Counted from the stretch's first letter, positions 26,150-35,066 are shown. The stretch is 64,000 nt of DNA from Candidatus Babeliales bacterium (GCA_031292305.1 JARLHJ010000008.1:1846-65845); one strand, 5' to 3'. The notes: generated by a model not told the origin, from the sequence alone. A program made the numbers and translations.

Positions 26150-29146
26150 TTATTGTATAAATATTTTTATAGTTATTATAAATAATAATGTTAAAAATGC
26201 TGGCCAGAATAAGAATACCATTAATTTATCATTTTCTTTTTCTTTAGGTAAAAATACATCCACGTATGCTAAAGCAATAAATAGATAATCTAAGAATATG
26301 AAGTATTCTAAGAAAGAAATTGTAGTTGGAGTAATAGCTGATCTAAAGCTTTGATGTATTAAAATTAATCCAAATAATAATCCTGAATATGCTCCAATTA
26401 ATCCCATTTCATCAGTTTCTCTAATATATTTAAGTGTGAAAATACAGAATAGCGTTAATAATATTATGATCAAAGGTATGAAATAAGTTATAAATATAGG
26501 TACAAAATCGCGCTTAAGAAGAATATTTAAAGATAAATTTTTAGGTTTAACAATTTCAGTTTGTTGATTGCCATATTCGTTATCGTATGAAAAGTAGCTT
26601 TTTAATATATCAAATTCGACAATTCTTATATCTTCTCCAAATCCTGGTTTAGATTCAGGGTCTAAGCCTGGATAATCTTTAATATCCGGGATCAATAATA
26701 TTTTTTTGGTATTATCTACAGGTGATAATACAAATTTAAACAATTTAATATCAAAAGGGTATGTAGATTGCAAAGGAGTTTTTTGATAAGCACTTGATTG
26801 GCACAACCAACGTGTTGTTTGTATGTTATTAACAGTGTTTTTTATTCCTTCATCTAAGTAATAGTATAAACCATCATAAGGCGCAAGGTTAACTACTTCT
26901 ATGCCAGGATTTACATCTTTTTGAGTGTCTGTGTTTAATTTTTGCCATAAATATGCTAAAAATGTTCCTCCATCATTAACATTAAGCGATTTAAGATTTA
27001 TTCCGGCTTTTGTAGTAATAAAATTTTCTCCGGAAAAGCGTTGCATCTCTTTTTCTATTAATTGATCTAGCTCTAATCGATTAGTAATTATATTGTTATT
27101 TAGTTCTGATCTTGGATAATTATAATAAATAAATAATATGCTAATAATGCCAACTAATATAACTAGAGAATAGTAGATAACAAAGTGTTTTATATCATTT
27201 CTGTTTAGTAAATAGATCTTTGTTAAAAACATATATATAAGAATTAAAATTAAACTTAAAATTATTATAAAATAAATGAAGTAAATATATTGCTGGTTAT
27301 TAAAAATATTAAATTCATCATTTGGATAAAATACTGCTAAAGTCCAATTTGTAGTGGGTATTGATTCATAAAAAGCCCATTTTTTTTCTTGCGTTTTATT
27401 ATCTGTGAATTCCATATATCCTGAATATCCTTGTATGCCTTTATCTTGAATGATTTCTAGCTTTGGACTTATGTCATCAATTATTGCTTTAAACGTAATA
27501 TCTTGGGATATTAACTCTTTATTTGGATGGAAAATTAGATTTCCATTATTAGAAAAGATTAATGAGTTTTTTAACTTGTTTTGGCCCAGTAAAGAAATAA
27601 TATCTGAAATTGTTGAGTATGAATAAAGAATAGAAACAACGCCTTTAATTTTTTGTTTATCTTTGCCATAAAAAGGCATTGTATTCATTATAGTTATTTC
27701 ATTAGTTATGCCTTTTTCTAAAGTAGGTTCAAACCACAGATTTTTATCTGTTTCTTTAATAGTTTTGTTAAACCAGTTACTAGCGCTGTAATCATAAACT
27801 GTATCAAGCTGGCCTTTATTTACAGTACCTTCTTTGTTAATATAATATTGCCCAAATAATTTTATATCAGGTTTGTATTCATTTGGTAGGTAAGATATGT
27901 ATATACCGGCAATATATGGATATTTATCAAATTTATTTTGTAAGAATTCGGTTATATTAGATTCGGTTAATTTTTCTGTGGTTAAATCTAAAGCAATTGA
28001 AGTGTTTAGCGCTTTGATATCGTTTAAATTTTGTTGCAATAATGAACTAACATGCTCAACTTGAAGTTTGCTTTGAATAAAACTTTGCCCGGTTAATTTA
28101 ATTTTATTTTCATTGTATTTTTTTAAATAAAATCCAAATAAAATAAATAGATAACCTAATAAAATTATGATGGCAAGAAACGCAATATTGGTTTTATATT
28201 TATATAGTAAATTTAAAATTATATTAAAAGCTAAATATATAAAAAAGAACAGTGCCATTAACGTAAATATAAAAATTATAAATAATATATTTTTTAATAT
28301 TTTATATTTACCTAGTATATCTGCTTTATTTTCCTCAACAGAAATACCCCATGGAACAATAGTAAGTATGTTTCTACTATTTATAATATCAGTGTCATAA
28401 ACTTTTATTATATCAGTAGATTCCAAACCCAATAAGGCGTGGTTAATTGGATTTTTTTCATGTAAATTAAAACTTTCTGTAAAAGCTGAATCTGGATTAT
28501 ATTTTGAAGGGAAAATCACTAAGGAATTTTTACCAGATTTTTTTGCAACTAGTAGATCACCATTTTTAGTTAATTTATTAAAGTAAGTTTTTATAATTTC
28601 TGCAATTTCATTAGTATTAACTTTAACTAAAATATTACCTACATATTTATTATCTTTATATAAAGGCACCCCAATAAAAAGACTAGGCTGTTTAAAATTG
28701 GGCAAATAATCAAAATCAGAGATAGCCAATTGCGCGGAATTTTTTAATTGATCATTAACCGTAGTCAATAGTGTATTTTTGTAATTTTCATAAATATTAA
28801 TATCTACAGCTATTTCTTTTTTTAAACTAAATTTAACTTTTCCATCAGGTAATATAAATAAAACATCAGCGTAATTTGCAAGATGAGTATTTGCAATTGC
28901 ATTTGGTTCTATAATAAGATTTTGGTTTTTTGAAATAATATCCACAATATTAGAAATATTATTGGCTAAATAGTTAGTAATATCTTTGGACAAGTTTTGT
29001 TGAATATGTTCAAGCTTTTTAAATTCTGTATTTAATTCTTTATTTTTAAAATAAAGGTACGAAGAACTACCCAGACCTAAAATTATTGCTGCAGTAGTAG
29101 TTATATATAACCAAGCTAATTGTTTTCTATTTAAAGATTGAATCAT
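26150..29146 (-). CDS. Multidomain membrane receptor: two dCache-like periplasmic modules plus a C-terminal pentameric ligand-gated ion-channel (pLGIC)-like module
   Basis: 998 aa. Hydrophobic segments are placed so that three soluble blocks face the same side. The second block shows dCache-like strings (NLWFEPTLEKGITNEITIMNTMPFYGKDKQKIKGVVSILYSY; NSLIFSNNGNLIFHPNKE; NWTLAVFYPNDEF). The last ~310 aa carry pLGIC hallmarks: STYPFDIKLFKFVLS (YPFD at aa 796-799, nt 26750-26761), pre-M1 LNILLKRDFVPIFITYFIPLII, and 4 TM segments with ITPTTISFLEYFIFLDYLFIALAYVDV (M2-M3/M3-like). Confidence 0.7.
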   Translation of the reverse strand: MIQSLNRKQLAWLYITTTAAIILGLGSSSYLYFKNKELNTEFKKLEHIQQNLSKDITNYLANNISNIVDIISKNQNLIIEPNAIANTHLANYADVLFILPDGKVKFSLKKEIAVDINIYENYKNTLLTTVNDQLKNSAQLAISDFDYLPNFKQPSLFIGVPLYKDNKYVGNILVKVNTNEIAEIIKTYFNKLTKNGDLLVAKKSGKNSLVIFPSKYNPDSAFTESFNLHEKNPINHALLGLESTDIIKVYDTDIINSRNILTIVPWGISVEENKADILGKYKILKNILFIIFIFTLMALFFFIYLAFNIILNLLYKYKTNIAFLAIIILLGYLFILFGFYLKKYNENKIKLTGQSFIQSKLQVEHVSSLLQQNLNDIKALNTSIALDLTTEKLTESNITEFLQNKFDKYPYIAGIYISYLPNEYKPDIKLFGQYYINKEGTVNKGQLDTVYDYSASNWFNKTIKETDKNLWFEPTLEKGITNEITIMNTMPFYGKDKQKIKGVVSILYSYSTISDIISLLGQNKLKNSLIFSNNGNLIFHPNKELISQDITFKAIIDDISPKLEIIQDKGIQGYSGYMEFTDNKTQEKKWAFYESIPTTNWTLAVFYPNDEFNIFNNQQYIYFIYFIIILSLILILIYMFLTKIYLLNRNDIKHFVIYYSLVILVGIISILFIYYNYPRSELNNNIITNRLELDQLIEKEMQRFSGENFITTKAGINLKSLNVNDGGTFLAYLWQKLNTDTQKDVNPGIEVVNLAPYDGLYYYLDEGIKNTVNNIQTTRWLCQSSAYQKTPLQSTYPFDIKLFKFVLSPVDNTKKILLIPDIKDYPGLDPESKPGFGEDIRIVEFDILKSYFSYDNEYGNQQTEIVKPKNLSLNILLKRDFVPIFITYFIPLIIILLTLFCIFTLKYIRETDEMGLIGAYSGLLFGLILIHQSFRSAITPTTISFLEYFIFLDYLFIALAYVDVFLPKEKENDKLMVFLFWPAFLTLLFIITIKIFIQ

Positions 29147-30402
29147 TTTGTCCCCTGATTATATAACTCTTCACTTATTTTATTCCATTCCTGTTTTGTT
29201 TTTTGTAATGGATTAAATTTTTCAATAATTAACTCTTCAGGATATATAATAGGTTTTAATGGGCTATTGCTTTGCCAAATAATTTCTGGGTTTGGTGATG
29301 TTAATTTTAATATTCTTGGTGTTTTATAAGTATAATGATTAGTATCGATTGTAATTAACCCTGCAGCTAATTCTAATTTAGAATTAATAAGTGTGGTTGT
29401 TATTTTTTTGACATTAGTACTATTTGCTTTTTTAACTGCTTGTTTCCAGAATTGTACACCATTGTAAGCAGACTCTATGAAATCATTAACTTCTTGGTCC
29501 TTTCCGTATTTGTCCTTAATGCGCTTTTTAAAATTATCACTTTCTTTGGTGTCAATGGACTCAAAATAATTACCTGCTAAATAAGTGTTATCTATATCAG
29601 AGGCAAAAGATAGCTCATTTTGTGTTAATCCAATTGAAATTATGGCCAATTTTTTTTGTTCTTTTAAATTTTTAATATCTTTAAATAGAATAAGCGAACT
29701 ATCTAAATTAAGAATATTTAAAACTATTTGAGCATTTGATTTTTCAATATTAGTTATAATTGGACTAAAGTCTTTTTGATAAGATTCAACAGTTTCTTGG
29801 CCTACAATTTCACATCCCATATTGGGTAATATAGTTTTTAAAAATTCTATAGTAATTTTTGAAAAATAATTATTTGATCCCAGTAAATAAAATTTATTGC
29901 CAATATTGTTTTCAGCCCAACTAATTGCAGGAATTAAGTATTGGTTTGGTGCAGCACCGGTGTAAAATATATTAGGTGATTCTTCTAATCCCTCATTAAA
30001 ACCAGGAAAAAATAATAACTTATCATATTTTTCAACTACCGCTTTTAAAGACTTTCTTGAACTTGGAGTCAGACCGCCGAAAATTATATCTACTTTCTCA
30101 TTTTTTATTAGATATTCAGCTTGTTTTGCGAATGTTTTATTGTCAGATTTTCCATCTAATGTAATAGGTTCAATTATTCTATTTAAAAGCCCGCCCGATT
30201 TATTAATTTCATCAATTGCAAGTAAAGTAGCTTCCATTATTGCTTCTTCAGTAGATGCCATTTCACCGCTTAAAGAATGAATGATTCCTACTTTAATAGG
30301 TCTTTCTATGCTATTTATGGAATAGTAATATATTCCCACAAAAGCCGCTAATAAAAATATTGCAAAAAAAATTACTTTAATAAGAATCTTATTTAAATTC
30401 AT
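29143..30402 (-). CDS. Membrane-anchored type-1 periplasmic binding protein, UrtA/FmdD/AmiC (urea/short-chain-amide) family-like
   Basis: After an N-terminal TM: IKVGIIHSLSGEMASTEEAIMEATLLAIDEINKSGGLLNRIIEPITLDGKSD and FFPGFNEGLEESPNIFYTGAAPNQYLIPAISW. These resemble the UrtA/AmiC blocks as I recall them (vGiLhSlsGtma.sE; YEGlE.SpNvfYtGAaPNQq). Its stop overlaps the start of the 998-aa gene (ATGA). No ABC permease or ATPase gene lies nearby. Confidence 0.72.
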   Translation of the reverse strand: MNLNKILIKVIFFAIFLLAAFVGIYYYSINSIERPIKVGIIHSLSGEMASTEEAIMEATLLAIDEINKSGGLLNRIIEPITLDGKSDNKTFAKQAEYLIKNEKVDIIFGGLTPSSRKSLKAVVEKYDKLLFFPGFNEGLEESPNIFYTGAAPNQYLIPAISWAENNIGNKFYLLGSNNYFSKITIEFLKTILPNMGCEIVGQETVESYQKDFSPIITNIEKSNAQIVLNILNLDSSLILFKDIKNLKEQKKLAIISIGLTQNELSFASDIDNTYLAGNYFESIDTKESDNFKKRIKDKYGKDQEVNDFIESAYNGVQFWKQAVKKANSTNVKKITTTLINSKLELAAGLITIDTNHYTYKTPRILKLTSPNPEIIWQSNSPLKPIIYPEELIIEKFNPLQKTKQEWNKISEELYNQGTK

Positions 30403-30408
30403 TTTTTA

Positions 30409-30594
30409 TTACTTTTTACATTCACATTTATCAGAGGTATATTTTCCTACTTCCCAATTATCTTTACCGCAAACTGTAGGACAGATTTTTTTAGCTTCAT
30501 TTTCACTATTTATTTTTTTTGGTGCAGGCTTTTGAACTTTTGCAAAAATATTCATGGTTAAAGATAATAATAAGCAAATAATTAAATTTTTCAC
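30409..30594 (-). CDS. Small secreted 4-Cys peptide (61-aa precursor)
   Basis: GTG start preceded by aaaggagaag. Signal peptide MKNLIICLLLSLTMNIFA, then a mature Lys-rich peptide with ICPTVCGKDNWEVGKYTSDKCECKK. It ends 6 nt before the binding-protein gene start. Confidence 0.55.
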   Translation of the reverse strand: MKNLIICLLLSLTMNIFAKVQKPAPKKINSENEAKKICPTVCGKDNWEVGKYTSDKCECKK

Positions 30595-30716
30595 AGCTTC
30601 TCCTTTTTTTCAGTTTGTACTTAATCAGATCTTAAAATATTTGTTTAATTAAAGTCAATAATAATTTTACATAGATTTAGCTTTTTTCTTGTAAATAATA
30701 AAATTATTTTTGTACA

Positions 30717-31013
30717 ATGGTTTTTATGAATAAAAAAAATATTAAAAAGTTGTTTTTACGAGCAATATTGTTTGTTGAGATATTAATTTTTGGATTTACA
30801 TATCTATTTGGGTCCAATGGTTTATATTATTTAAAAGATTTAGATAAAGAAAATCATCAACTAAACAATGAGGTTTTGAACTTAAAATCCGAAATTTCAT
30901 CAATTGAGAGCCAAATAAATGAATGGTCCACTGATCCTTTTTATAAAGAACAATTAGCTCGTGAAAAACTACAGTTAGCTCGTGAAAATGAAAAAATCTT
31001 TTATATACAATAA
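30717..31013 (+). CDS. ftsB: Septum formation initiator, FtsB/DivIC family
   Basis: Short bitopic protein with a TM segment (AILFVEILIFGFTYLFG), a coiled coil and the C-terminal DPFYKEQLAREKLQLARENEKIF, typical of FtsB. The start could be ATG 30726 (MNKKN). Confidence 0.7.
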   Translation: MVFMNKKNIKKLFLRAILFVEILIFGFTYLFGSNGLYYLKDLDKENHQLNNEVLNLKSEISSIESQINEWSTDPFYKEQLAREKLQLARENEKIFYIQ

Positions 31014-31024
31014 TCAAGGAAAAC

Positions 31025-31642
31025 ATGACAAAGTTTATTTTACCACCGTTACCATATTCTTTTGGTGCGTTAGAACCTTATATAGATGCACAAACAATGG
31101 AAATACATCATGATAGACATCATGCTACTTATGTAGAAAAATTAAACCATGCATTAGAAAAACACACTGAATTACAATCAAAAACTGTTCAAGAATTATT
31201 ATTAAGCCTAGATAAACTACCTGCAGAAATAAAAACAGAGGTTAGAAATAATGGCGGTGGTCATCTTAATCATTCAATGTTTTGGCTTATGCTTAAACAA
31301 AATGGTGGTAAAATGCCACAAGGTAAAGTGTATGATGCAATAAAAAAAGATTTTAATAATTTTGAAGCTTTTAAAGTAGAGTTTAACGCAAAAGCTAAAT
31401 CTGTTTTTGGCAGCGGATGGGCATGGTTAGTAATTAATAAAGATGGCAAATTAGAAATTACTGCAACCCATAACCAAGATAATCCTATAGAAAAGAATAT
31501 GCAGCCAATTTTAGGTTTAGATGTTTGGGAACATGCTTATTATTTAAAGTATCAAAATAAACGCCCTGATTACATTAACGCTTGGTGGAATGTTATAAAC
31601 TGGGAACAAGTTGAAGAGAATTACGATAATATCCTAGGATAA
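31025..31642 (+). CDS. sodA: Superoxide dismutase, Fe/Mn family (Mn-type signature)
   Basis: LPYSFGALEPYID..MEIHHDRHH, NNGGGHLNHSMFW (GGGH is typical of the Mn type, versus AAQ in the Fe type) and DVWEHAYYL. Confidence 0.9.
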   Translation: MTKFILPPLPYSFGALEPYIDAQTMEIHHDRHHATYVEKLNHALEKHTELQSKTVQELLLSLDKLPAEIKTEVRNNGGGHLNHSMFWLMLKQNGGKMPQGKVYDAIKKDFNNFEAFKVEFNAKAKSVFGSGWAWLVINKDGKLEITATHNQDNPIEKNMQPILGLDVWEHAYYLKYQNKRPDYINAWWNVINWEQVEENYDNILG

Positions 31643-31655
31643 ATATTTATAAAAT

Positions 31656-31688
31656 AAAAAGAGCCACTCATAACGAGTGGCTCTTTTT
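31656..31688. terminator. Bidirectional rho-independent terminator (sodA / G1 peptidase convergent pair)
   Basis: aaaaagagccactc-ataac-gagtggctcttttt: a perfect GC-containing stem flanked by an A-run and a T-run. Confidence 0.75.
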
Positions 31689-31708
31689 ATTTTATAGACT
31701 AGATAATT

Positions 31709-32545
31709 TTACTCACCGCGCCAAGTCACTTCAAAGCTTTGGCCATTTTTTAATAATGAAGAAGTGATTGCTTTTAAACCAGTATTACTAATCATATTTA
31801 AAGCAGTATTTTGAGTATTAGCTACTTTATTAATTGCATTAGAAACACCATTAATTTTTGCAGTACACTTAGTAAAAGTAATAGGTGAGAAATGTGCCAA
31901 TGGCAATATTGAATTCATATAAGGTGCTTCAACAACCCATTCAGCACAAACGCGTTGAGCGGTTGTAGAAGTTGTGTATTTAGTAGGAATTACACTTCTT
32001 ACTTTTTTTGTATTATTTGCAATTGATAAAACGAATACATTGTTGCCTTTGTAAACTACAGAAGCAGTAATTGAATCTCCAGCTTTCACAGGAAAATTTG
32101 TGATAGAATATGAATAATCAGGATACATTTCATACCATGCATAATTAACTTGTTTGCCATTTACCCAATCACACTCTGTACCTAATTGTTCTACTGAACT
32201 ACTTGCAAATCCATCAATTCCTACCCAAACTGAGCAATATGAATGATCAGGTGTAGGTGAAAGTGTAGGCACGTTCCATGTTCCATAAATTTCAGAAACT
32301 GAGTTTTTAGCAGGGTTTTTTAAGTTAGTAGCAGTAACGTATCCACTCCAATTGGTACTCGATTCAGTAATCTCTTTTATACCCAAATGAGGGTGTGAAC
32401 CATGACGTCTAGAATCTTTTCTTTGTGAATTTCTTACAATAGGCATTAATTTACATTCTAATAGTTCATAACCATCAGAATCTTTTACTGCAAATATTTG
32501 AAAGTTTGCTGAGATTAATAACGCTAATACTAGTACCTTTTTCAT
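31709..32545 (-). CDS. Secreted glutamic peptidase, MEROPS G1 (eqolisin / Peptidase_A4) family, copy 1
   Basis: Signal peptide plus propeptide-like region. Then TNWSGYV, VWVGIDG...VEQLGT (catalytic Gln context), YAWYEMYP, AGDSITASV, AEWVVEAP (catalytic Glu context) and LPLAHFSPITFTKC. These are collinear with scytalidoglutamic peptidase blocks (SNWGGA, WVGIDGD..ILQTG, DAWYEWYP, EGDSI, AEFIIEDF, FASFSPAVEFTDC, from memory). Confidence 0.8.
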   Translation of the reverse strand: MKKVLVLALLISANFQIFAVKDSDGYELLECKLMPIVRNSQRKDSRRHGSHPHLGIKEITESSTNWSGYVTATNLKNPAKNSVSEIYGTWNVPTLSPTPDHSYCSVWVGIDGFASSSVEQLGTECDWVNGKQVNYAWYEMYPDYSYSITNFPVKAGDSITASVVYKGNNVFVLSIANNTKKVRSVIPTKYTTSTTAQRVCAEWVVEAPYMNSILPLAHFSPITFTKCTAKINGVSNAINKVANTQNTALNMISNTGLKAITSSLLKNGQSFEVTWRGE

Positions 32546-32574
32546 ATCTTCTCCTTTTAAATGAAGTTAAAAAA

Positions 32575-33423
32575 TTACTCGTGTTTCCATACTACGTTAA
32601 AGCCTTGTCCACCATTTGTTAATGTAGAGGTTAATGCTTTAAATCCACCATTATAAATCATATTTATTGCCGCATTTTGAAAAAATGTGCTATTAATTTG
32701 TTTATATAAACCATTAATTACAGTAGTACATCCTATAAAGTTCACCTGAGAAAAATTTGCAAGAGGTAATATGCTATTATATTCAGGTGCTTCTGCAATC
32801 CATTCAGCTGAAGATCTTAAAGCTGTGGTAGAAGTGGTATATTGTGTAGGAATCGAAGTATGAACTTTTTTTGTGTTATTAGCGATTGATAATAAAAATA
32901 TTCCATCACCTTGATAAACAACTGAAGCACTAATTGAATCCCCAACCTTTAGTGGGAAATTTGAAATGACAGATGCACCTTGTGGGTACATTTCAAACCA
33001 AGCATAATCATATTGAGAATTGTTTACCCATTCATGTCCTGTTCCTAATTGTTCTACAGTAGGGCTTTTGTATCCATCAATTCCAACCCACAATGAGCAA
33101 TATGAAGTGTCAGGAGTAGGACTTAATTTTGGGACATTCCATGAGCCAGAAACTGCAGTTACTGAATTAACAGCTGGAGTTTGTAAATTTGTAACTTCTA
33201 CATAGCCACTCCAATTTTGACTATTTAAAGTAGTGTTTTCAACAAACGTTTTTATAGCAGGAATGTGAGGTTGCGAAGGGTGTTTTTTGTTTTTTATTTT
33301 TAACTTTTTTTTATCAAAAGGTTGTAATTTACATTCAATAAATTTATACCCAGTGGTATCAATTGTCGAATACAATTGAATATTAACTGAAAGTAGTAAA
33401 AAAATTACTAATAATTTTTTCAT
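32575..33423 (-). CDS. Secreted glutamic peptidase, G1 (eqolisin) family, copy 2
   Basis: Same blocks as copy 1: QNWSGYV, LWVGIDG..VEQLGT, YAWFEMYP, VGDSISASV, AEWIAEAP, LPLANFSQVNFIGC. Tandem paralogue of 31709-32545. Confidence 0.8.
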   Translation of the reverse strand: MKKLLVIFLLLSVNIQLYSTIDTTGYKFIECKLQPFDKKKLKIKNKKHPSQPHIPAIKTFVENTTLNSQNWSGYVEVTNLQTPAVNSVTAVSGSWNVPKLSPTPDTSYCSLWVGIDGYKSPTVEQLGTGHEWVNNSQYDYAWFEMYPQGASVISNFPLKVGDSISASVVYQGDGIFLLSIANNTKKVHTSIPTQYTTSTTALRSSAEWIAEAPEYNSILPLANFSQVNFIGCTTVINGLYKQINSTFFQNAAINMIYNGGFKALTSTLTNGGQGFNVVWKHE

Positions 33424-33546
33424 ATTTACTCCTTTTTTTGAATTAAAATATATTATTTGCTAACTACACTATTACAAAAATTATTTAAATCAATTTTTTT
33501 AGTTTATAATATAATAATAAAAAATCACAAAGATAAAGGTTATATA

Positions 33547-35040
33547 ATGCATTTAAAAGAAAAAGAAAACACACAGTTACAAGATACATCAGAAGAACAC
33601 AAAGTACGTGTTCAAAAAATTCAAGAGATGCGTGCGCAGGGTATTGAACCGTGGCCAGCAGTAAAGCCAGTAAACTCAAATACGGAAAAAATTTTACAAG
33701 AATTTGCTCAAAACCCGCAAGAAAAAGAATACCAAATATCTGGTAGGGTAATGAGTTTACGTGGTCATGGCAAATCGGTTTTTGCGCATATACAAGATGT
33801 TGCAGGCAAAATACAAATTTATTTAAAAGAAGATGTTGTTGGGACAGAAAAGTTTGCAATGTTTTCAAAATTTATAGATATTGGCGACATTCTTTGGATC
33901 GATGGAACCTCTTTTGTAACAAAAGCAGGTGAAACATCTTTACGAGTTAAAGACTTTACATTAATGTCAAAATCTCTACATCCACTGCCTGATAAATTTC
34001 ACGGTCTTGAAGATGTTGAAGTTCGTTATAGGCAACGTTATCTTGATTTGATTACTAACGATGAGAATAGAATTAAATTTATTAAACGTTCAAAAATTGT
34101 TTCAGCAATTAGAAGATTTTTAGAAGATAATAATTATTTAGAAGTTGAAACACCAATGTTGCACCCAATACCAGGTGGTGCTGCAGCAAAGCCTTTTATT
34201 ACACACCATAATGCATTGGGAACTGATTTTTATTTACGTATTGCGCCTGAGTTATATTTAAAACGTTTAGTAGTAGGTGGTTTTGAACGTGTATTTGAGA
34301 TAAATAGGAATTTCAGAAATGAAGGGGTTTCAACAAGACATAACCCTGAATTTACAATGATAGAATTTTATACAGCAAATGTAGATTATATTTGGGCTAT
34401 GGATTTTGTTGAACAGATATTTAAATATGCTATACAAGAAATTGGTTCTGGCAATAAAATACCTTATGGCAATCATGAGTTAGATTTTTCTAAACCATTT
34501 GAAAAAATTAGTATTAGAAACTCTGTTTTAAAATATGGTAATTTAACTGAAGATGATATTTCTTCAGAAAATATAGATAAAACTATTAAAGCAAAGAATG
34601 TTAAAATAGTTAAAACTAATATGTCCATAAACGAAAAAATTTATGCATTATTTGAGCATTTAGTAGAAGGTCAATTAATACAGCCAACATTTGTTACAGA
34701 TTTTCCTATAGAAGTTTCACCATTATCAAAACGTGATTCAAATAACCCAGAAATAGCTGCACGTTTTGAATTATTTATTGGTGGAATAGAAATAAGTAAT
34801 GGCTTTAATGAATTAAATGATCCATTTGATCAAGCGGAACGTTTTAAACAACAAGCTGTTTCGCATGCAGCAGGTGATGAAGAAGCGCATCATTATGATG
34901 CTGATTATATTACATCATTAGAATATGCTTTACCACCAACTGCTGGTGTTGGTATTGGCATTGACAGAATGGTAATGCTGCTTACAAGTACAACATCTAT
35001 TAAAGATATTATCTTGTTTCCGACTTTGAAAAAAAAGTAA
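33547..35040 (+). CDS. lysS: Lysyl-tRNA synthetase, class II
   Basis: OB-fold N-domain, class II motifs (RYRQRYLDL; FRNEGVSTRHNPEFTMIEFY; GIGIDRMVMLLT). The start is moved to ATG 33547 (MHLKEKEN); the track start adds 30 poorly plausible residues. Confidence 0.95.
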   Translation: MHLKEKENTQLQDTSEEHKVRVQKIQEMRAQGIEPWPAVKPVNSNTEKILQEFAQNPQEKEYQISGRVMSLRGHGKSVFAHIQDVAGKIQIYLKEDVVGTEKFAMFSKFIDIGDILWIDGTSFVTKAGETSLRVKDFTLMSKSLHPLPDKFHGLEDVEVRYRQRYLDLITNDENRIKFIKRSKIVSAIRRFLEDNNYLEVETPMLHPIPGGAAAKPFITHHNALGTDFYLRIAPELYLKRLVVGGFERVFEINRNFRNEGVSTRHNPEFTMIEFYTANVDYIWAMDFVEQIFKYAIQEIGSGNKIPYGNHELDFSKPFEKISIRNSVLKYGNLTEDDISSENIDKTIKAKNVKIVKTNMSINEKIYALFEHLVEGQLIQPTFVTDFPIEVSPLSKRDSNNPEIAARFELFIGGIEISNGFNELNDPFDQAERFKQQAVSHAAGDEEAHHYDADYITSLEYALPPTAGVGIGIDRMVMLLTSTTSIKDIILFPTLKKK

Positions 35041-35066
35041 CTTGTTTTATTAAAAAGGAGTGTAGA

